Shown here: piece after piece, positions 23,901 to 29,654 of the stretch
How the letters are laid out: each line of letters opens with the position of its first letter
How positions within the stretch are numbered: the stretch's first letter is position 1
DNA from: Prasinococcaceae sp. CCMP 1430
Lineage: Eukaryota > Plantae > Prasinodermophyta
Direction: 5' to 3'
DNA: 58,723 nucleotides
Assembly (NCBI GenBank): GCA_013416795.1
Contig: RQSC01000053.1
Coordinates: 1 to 58,723, forward strand
Made by a program: the position numbers and the translations under genes
The notes under the pieces: generated by a model
Seen by the model: only the letters and a program-made list of their open reading frames with translations
Database searches by the model: none
What the model was told of the DNA's origin: nothing

Positions 23901-25809
23901 CCAGCCGCCGTTCCGTGCCGAGCAGATGATTGAGGAGACGGGCCCCTCGACGCCCATCTTCTTCGTACTGTTCCCCGGTTACTCGCCGTCGGCGGAGATC
24001 GAGGTGCTGGCGAACTCGCGCGGGCACACGGTCGCTAACGGCAAGCTCACACTTATCGCCATGGGCCAGGGCCAGGAGCCGGTCGCTGAGGCCGTGCTCG
24101 ACAAGTACACCGAGGAGGGCGGCTGGGTGTTCCTGGACAACGTGCACCTCATGCAGGGCTGGATCCCGACGCTCGAGCGCAAGCTCGAGGTGGCCGCCGA
24201 GTCCGCGCACGAGGACTTCCGCTGTTTCTTCTCGGCGGAGCCCATCGCGTCGGCTCCGCTGGCGAAAATCATCCCCGAGTCGATCCTGCAGACGTGCATC
24301 AAGATCGCCAACGAGCCGCCGAGCGACATGAAATCGAACATGCGCCGCGCGATCTCGATGTTCGACCAATCCTACCTGGACAGCTCGAGCACGCCCGAGA
24401 AGCAGACGGTCAAGCGCAGCGTGCTGTTCGCTCTGTGCTTCTACCACTCGCTGCTCCTGGGCCGCAAGAAGTTCGGAGTGGGCATCGGCGCGGGCAACGG
24501 CTCCGGTCTCGGCTTCTGCCGCCCGTACTCGTTCAACGCGGGGGACCTCAAGTCGTGCTGCGACGTGCTGCACAACTACACCGAAAACAACGATGTGACC
24601 CCCTTCGAAGACCTGCGCTACCTATTTGGCGAAGTCTTTTACGGCGGTCACATCACCGATCCGATGGACCGCGTCCTGTGCACGACCTACCTCGATCTGC
24701 TCATTCGGCCAGAGCTGCTGCCGCAGGGCGACAAGCCACCTACGCTCGAGCTCGCGCCGGGCCTCAAGGCGCCCAACGCGCCCGACTTGGCGGGCCTGCG
24801 CGACTACATCGAGACCGCGCTGCCGATGGAGACACCCGCGCTGTACGGGCTGCACTCGAACGCCGAGCTGAGCCTGCTGACTTCGCAGGGCGACGGTCTG
24901 TTCAAGACCATCCTCGAGGTGAGCGGCGGCGGCGGCGCCAGCGGCGGCAGCAGCAGCGGCAGCGGCGGCGATGGCGTACGTGCGGCGGTGGAGTCAATGC
25001 AGGACCGCCTGCCCGAGGAGTTCAACATGGTGGAGATTGAATCGCGTGTGAAGGACAAGACACCCTACGTGGTGATCGCGCTGCAGGAAGCCACGCGCAT
25101 GAACGCGCTGCTCGCCGAGCTCCAGCGCTCGCTGGAGGAGCTCGTGCTCGGCCTCGATGGCGCGCTCAACATGAGCGACTCGATGGAGGCGCTGCAGACG
25201 GCCATCAAGCTCAACCGCGTGCCAGCCAGCTGGGGGGCCGTGATGAGCACGCGCTTCGAGGAGGTCTTCAGTCTGAGCCAGTGGTACGAGGACGTGCTCA
25301 AACGCCACGTGCAGCTCGCCGCATGGACGCAGGGCGAGGTCGTCAAACCCGTATCGGTGTGCCTGCCGCTGCTCTTCAATCCCAAGGCTTTCATCACGTC
25401 GGTCATGCAGACGTACGCGCGCGCCAACAAGCTGCCGCTCGACGCCATGAAGTTCATCACCGACGTGACGACCAAGCAGCCCGGGCAGCTCCAGGAGCCC
25501 GCCCCTGACGGCGCATACATCCACGGACTGTGGCTTGAGGGCGCGCGCTGGGACGTCAAGGTGGGTGTGCTCAAGGACTCGCTGCCGAAGGAGATCAGGC
25601 AGGCGATGCCCGTCATGCAGATCAAACCCGTCACGTCCGAAAAGTACAACACGAAGCCTTACTACATCACGCCGTGCTACACGAACATGCAGCGCGCCAA
25701 CGTGTATTCGCCGGCGGTGTCGCTCGCGTTCACGCTGAAGACCAAGGTAGACCCGAGCAAGTGGACGCTCGCTTCCGTGGCGCTGCTCCTGCAGAACGAG
25801 GACGCGTAG
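11920..25809 (+). CDS. ODA11: Flagellar outer-arm dynein alpha heavy chain (kelch, IPT, filamin, kelch N-terminus plus AAA+ motor), about 4397 aa; join(11920..11922,12487..17784,17917..25809)
   Basis: N-terminus PCARSGHS...FGGCGR..., LLVFGGWANRWLGD...NVAPIIGPPYAC closely resembles Chlamydomonas alpha-HC. P-loops GPAGTGKT, GPTGVGRT, GGAGCGKT, GVGGSGKQ; WGCFDEFNR. Removing 17785-17916 restores FITM|NPGYIGRAELP. Confidence 0.95.
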   Translation: MVRSARGGARGRGARKGKKKRKKTRSRAHERLELGTGAARVGWARGRLGAGGALGRICLAQRRVAPRARARAATCFPATDAARARPCCRPPPRNRAPKKVSGLACGHRRGRSGHAGRCCGRRTPPGTPAPAPLALIAPQAPARAPQSARADNRTRRLPAPHARADVTVRFPRALPAACLRVRCHSPLRQSVTWMKPQLKGTSPCARSGHSLSVVGLKAYMFGGCGRQDGASGPSTLGDLHVLDISNPDLLTWSQAEATGTVPPARSRHTASVWASAKKIVLFGGLDRKTRFADLWTYDTSARAWVEIVTEGEAPPPRAHHCATMVGSTLYVFGGYGGNGKVYSDIWSIDLAPEAPDEEGAPAPTWTCMQLKGKGPSPRFDASMTMYEIGAETTTKDDDFPKLCILGGRDNIQYYKDMFVLDLESASWDDQPHNKPPPFNYQISNQSSVAIESVPNWTLFNFGGKRDQMAFLDAVDVFNCGQMMWRNPAVLGEPPCPREDCAMAYDSKTCRLLVFGGWANRWLGDTWTLNVAPIIGPPYACMGVEPSLGPVGGDTEITVKGLSFKESSKIEVKFGMGKNEVTVPGTFVDVETITCQSPNYEAFGAMEVPVRVSIGGEGWTVNRVSFRYFANTQASNCMAYGPGLLGDGIIGVEMPFYILAKDTCDAKRTSGGEVFEIEVLHENFEENRIFGEARVVDPDTGLFYAYYSVPSEGKYNVHVKYNGEGIRGSPFPVTCKDPWTTHRVIGTAPISRKGLTFTTLAGGNAAIYGGNADGKVTVLETGGETDGSDWRWVDAAPDGDTPQPRSGHGVTAVGDRMVVFGGLSADGGSEELNDVAVFQYSKDGCRWTTAQQAAAEAVAEAPCPRQGQAVVHSSKKAIVLGGEGAEDLLGDAAILDLPTSESAWVTPEVSGDAPSARRDHAAVMLGQTLFVFGGATRDEEDEDVILGDLCVAAVDVRTGTIAWEKANVKGQAPCARKGASFQVVSATAVMLYGGKDAKGRPLNDAYVLDAEGMEWRAVYKAAFELIPSTGMVAAVIGGSIVSLSAAAGATKLDVVKSLNVAEKAAEFDFIPVMSARAESDLEALEARVQNLKDGFAADYEAGGFGELLKVMECLFEVKTKRVEIELAIDVMSEVLVELRKDGRRVDAQEARVEAVREVWTEIKKQYPILKENVAPFQAAEGERIKLRLREFADRVFAYRTEEFFGRDPFKYEVGYAAAFAAIDAVKLEVDALDAEMAEQKALADTFDFSELLERSLALLAECHTDLVAVKDLWDVAMLCEVQFKDWESTLWSMVDTQLIDDGAKACDKEVRSLTKAIKGRDVFGGLQTYVKNFMVSIPLVADLRSPAMRDRHWQQLMETTGTSFNVNDPAFRLADLLALELHRFEEDVGEIVDRAQKEEKMDNTLNKIDETWARIEFSFSQHKDSNIQLAKLLDEDVEAMEDNQLAVQGMLANRYFATFEERILSWNRRLGTVYDVVQVLNEIQRQWAYLESLFIHSEEVKKELPKDAARFKGIDAEVKKILINAYETKNVVTVCCTEGLLAKLEDQQRLLEQCEKALAEYMEAKRRIFPRFYFVSTADLLDILSNGNTPVKVMPHLSKTFQAIDRLELQGGGGRSRPTAHGMHSCVGTEYVEFGSALRIEGKVEDYMNDIVAKMRGELRALLGAALKAYNNPKPRHEWLFDHPSQLCLVVTGIFWTQETEEAFSKMAAGDREAMKAYNEQQTRQLNDLIGLVQGKIDKVQRRKAMNMITMDAHARDMNANLVAQGTARPDEFAWQSQLRSYWEQDVKDCRIKICDASFPYGYEYLGNGGRLVITPLTDRIYITACQACWLSLGTAPAGPAGTGKTETTKDLSSQLGKSVYVFNCSPEMDYRSMGDIFKGLAASGSWGCFDEFNRLIPEVLSVCAVQYKAVIDAQRKKAALPGRGLVPGGETVDSFVASDGVVMKLEEGMSAFITMVRFPRAFARARALDPRDERVGVSPTLVTGRLTPRAHYTVHELAQNPGYIGRAELPESLKANFRPITVMVPDRQMIMENMLMAEGFVEARMLAKKFATLYYLLEDLLSPEKHYDWGLRAISSVLKVAGTLLRSEAGQVEADVLFRALRDFNIPKILNTDLVIFLGLLTDLFPGTDPPRKRDPAFEAVIKETATEMGLFPDDDFTLRVVQLSELLAIRHCVFLMGPTGVGRTEAYRVLAKAILKGTDEPADTYLASNNRKKVIIRDINPKSISTTELYGYVNQSTREWKDGMLSVTMRDLANIPDDDPKWILLDGDLDANWIESMNSVMDDNKLLTLPSNERIRLPPHMKLIFEIRDLKFATPATATRAGILYISEAKQWYAMMQSWLKRAVPAYTQTFAKVKNYNAAQPMEWLSALIDKYVPACIFEMKKSYKHITPLATMNWASTLVSVLESMLKPENLGAKADQPLFEMVFVFACVWAFGGALSTKDGVEYRRNFNKWFKSKFTTVKFPSKGTVFDYHINFKSGKFAPWGDLVTQVDFDSSSMEMSNVFVPTAETASLTFMLNSCLGMRKPIMFVGGAGCGKTQLVMGRLATLGDDMMSHVVSFNYFSDVISFQRSLEAPLEKKAGINYGPPGTKRAVYFVDDLNMPKLDKYETAMPISLIRQHLGWGHWFDRSKLTQKNINNTQYVAAMNPTAGSFVVNPRLQRLFATFAVEFPGLDSLLTIYGTFLNGHLKGFSPELQEFSNKLMQAALGLHNKVASTFRKTAVNFHYEFTVRHLAGVFQGLLMSDPANVGTLDKFSKLWLHESARTYADRLVDAKDLAAYNKAAEGVAKKFLNLDASEFHKAQDPAPLIFSHFAKGMGEGSYDMVESYSALQATLEGALAEYNETNAVMDLVLFEDALKHVCRIARIVSNTSGHALLVGVGGSGKQSLSKLAASVCGLSAVSIVISGSYGVTNLKEDLQVMYRRAGLKDEGIMFLLTDSQIVKEEFLVFVSDLLSSGDIPDLFATEDKDDIINAMRGEVKAAGKADTRENCWEHFIGKVKQNLHVVFTHSPVGDAFRTRAQRFPAIITKTVIDWFQPWPESSLLSVAKRFLQDVDLGDDATKDAVARFFPASFAAVNKASEQYLAQERRYNYTTPKSFLELLQLYIRMLGDKREKTQLAIDRLDNGLSKLNQTKKDVDVLIEQAQVKAVEVEEKVASSDVFAEKVGAEKVKVNAENDAAAIEAEKCAQIQVEVTAKQESCERDLAAAEPLVLKAEAALDTLNKKDIGETKSLAKPPAGVDDVLAAVLVLLSPPGALVKDRTWNAAKKAMSDPSRFMEQLKGFKGLIDTQQVDHKNFKAVRPYLELEHFTPEIIKGKSKAAAGLCDWAINIVMYYDVVCEVEPKRQELAAANAMLEEANTKLSAVQTKVAELNAQVAQLEDEFNMALKEKEDAIAESEHCQMKLDLANRLINALGSEGDRWAANTEQLRADYGVLIGDALLAAGFVGYAGCFTAQFRQSLTAEFNEFIVSNNVPMTQGQSVLKLLVDDATVAGWVSEGLPSDTTSVENGAIVTTSKRWPLMIDPQLQGIAWIKEREAKNNLHVVRMGAPKTVTVIERAIEAGESVLIENMEETIDAVLNTVVTRSVTKRGRSTYCKIGDKEVEYHPSFKLFLHTKMSSPHYGPEIQAETTLVNFTVTESGLEDQLLALVVNKERPDLEETKTDLIVSNNEYTIKLAELENGLLSKLASAEGDITEDVELIESLEESKRVSDEITNKVAEAKETEIRINEAREKYRSVAARGSLLFFLLNSLNAVHSFYQFSLNAFVTVYSRGIDNTADGKKRKVKLRFRTVAKRVMGKFDWNMDLLRELLPSRNKGDESSEAAGAPVEEPTPEMLEKRLSALIDTTTYTVFDYTRRGLFDKDKLIFSSMLVFKVLLKSGQLDPEEYSALITGARSVAPPPVTDELSGWLADTQWAAVDALTHLKALKGLAKDMEKFSDRWKSWCAIPLCEAAPLPGEWGKKTLFQQLLVMRALRPDRVTAALAIFVEKTMGATYTNQPPFRAEQMIEETGPSTPIFFVLFPGYSPSAEIEVLANSRGHTVANGKLTLIAMGQGQEPVAEAVLDKYTEEGGWVFLDNVHLMQGWIPTLERKLEVAAESAHEDFRCFFSAEPIASAPLAKIIPESILQTCIKIANEPPSDMKSNMRRAISMFDQSYLDSSSTPEKQTVKRSVLFALCFYHSLLLGRKKFGVGIGAGNGSGLGFCRPYSFNAGDLKSCCDVLHNYTENNDVTPFEDLRYLFGEVFYGGHITDPMDRVLCTTYLDLLIRPELLPQGDKPPTLELAPGLKAPNAPDLAGLRDYIETALPMETPALYGLHSNAELSLLTSQGDGLFKTILEVSGGGGASGGSSSGSGGDGVRAAVESMQDRLPEEFNMVEIESRVKDKTPYVVIALQEATRMNALLAELQRSLEELVLGLDGALNMSDSMEALQTAIKLNRVPASWGAVMSTRFEEVFSLSQWYEDVLKRHVQLAAWTQGEVVKPVSVCLPLLFNPKAFITSVMQTYARANKLPLDAMKFITDVTTKQPGQLQEPAPDGAYIHGLWLEGARWDVKVGVLKDSLPKEIRQAMPVMQIKPVTSEKYNTKPYYITPCYTNMQRANVYSPAVSLAFTLKTKVDPSKWTLASVALLLQNEDA

Positions 25810-25839
25810 CAAGCTGTCGAGAACCCCTTAATAACATAC

Positions 25840-26964
25840 TTATTCAACCGCTGCCGCACCGTGCGCCTCTCGCGCGGCTTCTACGAGCCTGCGCGCCTCG
25901 TTGAGCGCCTCGCCAACGGAGGCGCCACCCCAAAGGGTGGCGGCTGCGTGAAGGCCCTCAGCCGCAGCATCTGGCGGCTTCCACTGCTTCGCGAATCTGT
26001 TGATGATCGCCGCGCCGGCGCCTCCGGTCACGCCACCCTCGTGCGTCACCCTCGCGGCGACGCGTTCGACGCACACCGACGCAGGCGCGGCAAGCGCGAG
26101 CGCACACACGGGCACGCCCAGCCGCCTCGCGAGCGTTGCGAAGTCCCTGCGCGCTGCTGCGTCCACATTGGTGCGGTCAATGACTGCCACCTGCCGTCGC
26201 CTCACGGTGAGCGTCGCCCGCGTCAGACACGCGGCCTTCTTCTTCAGAACATCTTGGCAGATCCGCACATATACGCCCCCCTCACCCTCGGCGAGCGCGC
26301 GCGCAATTGTGCTCTTTCCCGCGCCTGGTAGGCCACACAGCATGAGCATGACGCCCTCCCCGCCCTTCGAAGCACGCGCTGCCTCGCCCTCGGCTTTGCG
26401 CTTGTCCCCGACACGCGCGTGCTCGGGCCGGTCGGCATCGCGGGGCCTGTCGCGGCCCTCGTGCCCTACGCCCTGCTCCCTGTGCGCGTCTTCGTGCGGC
26501 TCGGTCTCACCGCGCTCCGGGCGCTGCCCAGCCGCGGGCGCCTGCTCGACGCCGAAAAAGGGAAAGTCGAGGCCCGCGTCGGCCTCGAGCACCGTGAGCA
26601 CGACCGACCTAGCTGGCTCCGAGTGGTGCAGTGCGAGCGCGTCGCCCGGCGCGAGTGTCGCGATCTGCCCTTGCCGCAAGCGCTCCACGTTGCCGCCTTG
26701 GGCGGCGGCGGGCGCGCGCGCGCGCACGATGGCACTGGCGGTGGCGCCGAGCTGCTCTACAACCACACGGCCTGCGCCTGACGCGCATGCGTGCACACGT
26801 GCATGCTCGCGGCCCACCTGGAAGAGGCGCATGCCCGCCAGGCCCGCGGCCTGCGCGTGCGCGCGCCCAAGGGTGGCACTCGCCGCGGCTGTGCCGGCGG
26901 TACCGCAGCCTTCGGCGCGCGCGAGAGTACGCCTGCGGCCCCCTGTGAGCTCCACCGACGCCAT
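25840..26964 (-). CDS. Degenerate PNKP/aprataxin-type FHA domain plus AAA_33 P-loop kinase
   Basis: N-terminal TLGR...VGREHARV...VVVEQLG...LRQGQIATLAPGDALAL; C-terminal LCGLPGAGKST, VRICQD, VIDRTNVDAAARRDF, VCVERVAARVTHEGG...AAIINRF resembling the kinase domain of plant aprataxin (bHLH140). Confidence 0.75.
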   Translation of the reverse strand: MASVELTGGRRRTLARAEGCGTAGTAAASATLGRAHAQAAGLAGMRLFQVGREHARVHACASGAGRVVVEQLGATASAIVRARAPAAAQGGNVERLRQGQIATLAPGDALALHHSEPARSVVLTVLEADAGLDFPFFGVEQAPAAGQRPERGETEPHEDAHREQGVGHEGRDRPRDADRPEHARVGDKRKAEGEAARASKGGEGVMLMLCGLPGAGKSTIARALAEGEGGVYVRICQDVLKKKAACLTRATLTVRRRQVAVIDRTNVDAAARRDFATLARRLGVPVCALALAAPASVCVERVAARVTHEGGVTGGAGAAIINRFAKQWKPPDAAAEGLHAAATLWGGASVGEALNEARRLVEAAREAHGAAAVE

Positions 26965-27031
26965 GGCGGGCAGTGCGCTCGCTTGGCTCCGCGCCTGTGC
27001 CCGTGTCGCAGCAAGCTGCGTCACGTTGTCG

Positions 27032-27262
27032 TCAGCGACCGCCGTCAGTGCCGGCCTCGCGGGCTTCGTTGCCCTCGTTACCGTCAGCCCCGTCCGTTAC
27101 CGCGCTGTCCCCCCCTGCGTCCACGCCGCCCTCGGTGCGCTCCGCCCAGCGCTTGTAGTCGTCGCTGCCGCGCACCGCGCTCACGTTATAGTGCAACGCT
27201 GCCGCCCACGCAAGGATGCCACCCGCCGCGAGCGCGTGCGCGCGCGGTGAGAGGGGGCGCAT
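27032..27262 (-). CDS. Small 76-aa hypothetical protein with one hydrophobic segment and an acidic tail
   Basis: MRPLSPRAHALAAGGILAWAAALHYNVSAVRGSDDYKRWAERTEGG...; coding-like codon use. No family recognised; could instead be a 5' exon of the FHA-kinase. Confidence 0.4.
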   Translation of the reverse strand: MRPLSPRAHALAAGGILAWAAALHYNVSAVRGSDDYKRWAERTEGGVDAGGDSAVTDGADGNEGNEAREAGTDGGR

Positions 27263-27587
27263 GCGTGTGCAGCGAGCGGCGCGACCGATCACACAATGAT
27301 GGCCAGTCAGGCGTGGAGCAGCGGTGCCTTCGCGCCGCGCGTGGCGCGCCCCGTGTGGCGCGAGAGGATCCAGCGGGCGCCCACCACTGAATCCGGCGCG
27401 GGATGCTGCTCACCAGACCGCGCGCGCGACACGCCGGCGCTCGCTGCCAGCCGGCGCGAGGCGGGGCACGAGTGCACGTCCGCGCCCGCTGACGACTCGT
27501 GCGCCCACAGCCTGGCCATCTCAGGTTCCGTTGCGGCTGTGGGTGGAGGCGACGCTGCGCGCAGGCTGGCGAGCGGCGCCGCCCCAC

Positions 27588-29563
27588 ATGGCAGTGGAGG
27601 GTACCGCTCGGGCTGCAGAGGGCGACTCCACCAGGCCTCGCGACAACAGCGGAAGCAGCGGCGGCAGCAGCAACAACCATCGCCGCCGCCTTGCGACGCT
27701 CACGGTCGCGGTGGTGTGCGTCCTTGCGCGTATCGTAGCGGCAGCAGCACCCGCGGCCAGCGCGGGCGCCGCAGCCGCTGCGCCGCTGCGAGCGGGGCTG
27801 TGCGGGGGCGCGTTTGAGGCGCTGGCTGCACGGCCTGAGCTTGCGTCACCGCTTACGTCAGCGCTACGCATTGCCGAGGGTGCGGAGCTTGCGAGGCTTG
27901 GTCACAACCCATACGCCGGCGGAGCGTGCCGTGCGCACCCGATAGTGCTTCAAGCACTCACACCGCTCGTTCTGCCGCCGCCTGGCGCCGCGCCCAGCGC
28001 CGCCCGTAGGCTGCGCACAGCTGCGCCGTTCGTGATTGCGGATGTGCTCGCGGCTGCGGCACTCGCATATGCAGCAGGCGCCGTGCGCGCCGCTTATCGA
28101 TGTGCCGAGGCGACAGCGCGAGCGCGCGGTGGTGAGGTGGAGCGCCGACGCCAGCCGCGTCACAGGAAGGGCAGCGCAAGCAGCAGCAGTAGCGGCACCA
28201 TCAGCAGCAGCAACGCTTCGCCGAGCGCAAAGGTTCCGGTGCCAACGCGTGCGCCCGAGGCCGCAGAGGAGCGTGACGGCCAGCGCGAGGAGCGCGGGGA
28301 TCCGCGACAGCAGCGGCATCGAGAAGAGCCTCACGCGGTCTCGCGAGCGGCACAGCAGCTCGATATGGCTGCTGTGCGCGAGCGAGCGTCGCTCGTCGCG
28401 CGGCTGCCCGGTGCACCTCCGCCCGACGTCGTGGCGCTCCTGTACCTTGCAAACCCGCTGACGTTTGCGGCGTGCGTGGGGCTCAGCGCGGGCGCGTTCG
28501 AGAACGCCGCTCTGCTCGGAGCGCTTGGAGCGGCGTGCGCGCTCCGCACATCGGTGGCCGGGGCACTCGCGGCCCTCGCAGCTGCCGTTGGGGTGCAGCC
28601 GGTCCTGGCTGCGCCTGCGCTTGCGCTGCTGGCGGCGGTGGGGCCCTGGGGGCACGGGGAGGACGAACGCGTTGCGGAGAGCGGCGCTGCCGCCCGTGCG
28701 AGTGGGAGTGCGCAACCGGCGACTGCGGCAACCTTACGGCGCGGTATGCTCTCGTTTGTGCTCTGGTTCGCGCTGGCGAGCGCGGCGCTCGCGGGCGCCG
28801 CCCGCGCGCTCATGGCCGACGCGCCAGGGGGTGCTCTGCCGGCGGCGAGGGCGATAGCGGGGCACGCCCTTCTCGGGGAGGAACTTGAGCCCAACCTCGG
28901 CATGTGCGTCGGCGTAAGCGCCTAGCGCTGGCACGCGCGTACAGCCGTACAGCGTGCGACACGCACACGCACTGGCAGCACGCACGCGCGCGCGCGCGCG
29001 CACTCACTTACCCGTGCGCCTCGAGCCAGCCGCACCGTCATCGAGCTGCAGCCAATGTATCTTTTGCTGACGCGCTCGTCTCCCCCATGCGCGCGTCTGC
29101 TGCACCGGCGAGCAGGTGGTGGTACTTCAACGTGGAGGTCTTCGACCATTCGCGCTCGTTCTTCCTCGTGGTCTTCCACGCGCAGCCGCTGCTTGTGCTC
29201 GCGCCGCTGCTCATCCGCCTGCGCAAGCGGCCCCTCGTGGCCGCATTCGCATGCATCACGCTCATGGGCGCCTACCGGCCGCACCCCACCGCGAGCGACG
29301 TCGCACTCCCCCTTGCCCTGCTACCGCTGCTTGCCTCTCGCCTCGCTAACTTCCGCTTCGGCTCAACACTATGCTTGGCGTACGGTTTGGCGGTGCTGGG
29401 CGTGCCGCTGACGTGGCGCGCGTGGCGCGTGATGGGCATCGCCAACTCTAACCTGTACTATGCGGCCACCCTCGCCGCGGGGGGGGCGCAGGGGCTCATG
29501 CTCATCGAGGTGCTGCGCGCGTGCCACACGCACGAGCGCCTCGCTAAGCGCGCGCATCCGTAA
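27588..29563 (+). CDS. PIGU: GPI transamidase subunit PIG-U (Gab1/CDC91); join(27588..28903,29116..29563)
   Basis: RPELASPLTS..RIAEG..L..LGHNPYAG, LYLANPLTF, PNLGM|WWYFNVEVFDHSRSFF reconstituted across the intron, YRPHPTASD, GIANSNLYYA. Confidence 0.9.
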
Positions 29564-29654
29564 GTCCGCCGCGTTTGGCCGTGCAACACACGCGCTGCCG
29601 CAGTCGAGGAAATGAGGGCGAGGCCTGATATTATGTACATTTGCGTCGAAGTTC

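Noticed and set aside
28098-28400. ~100-aa low-complexity insertion in PIG-U
   Set aside because: Probably a variable loop or an unrecognised intron; the donor/acceptor pair tested did not keep the frame, and no motif was seen.
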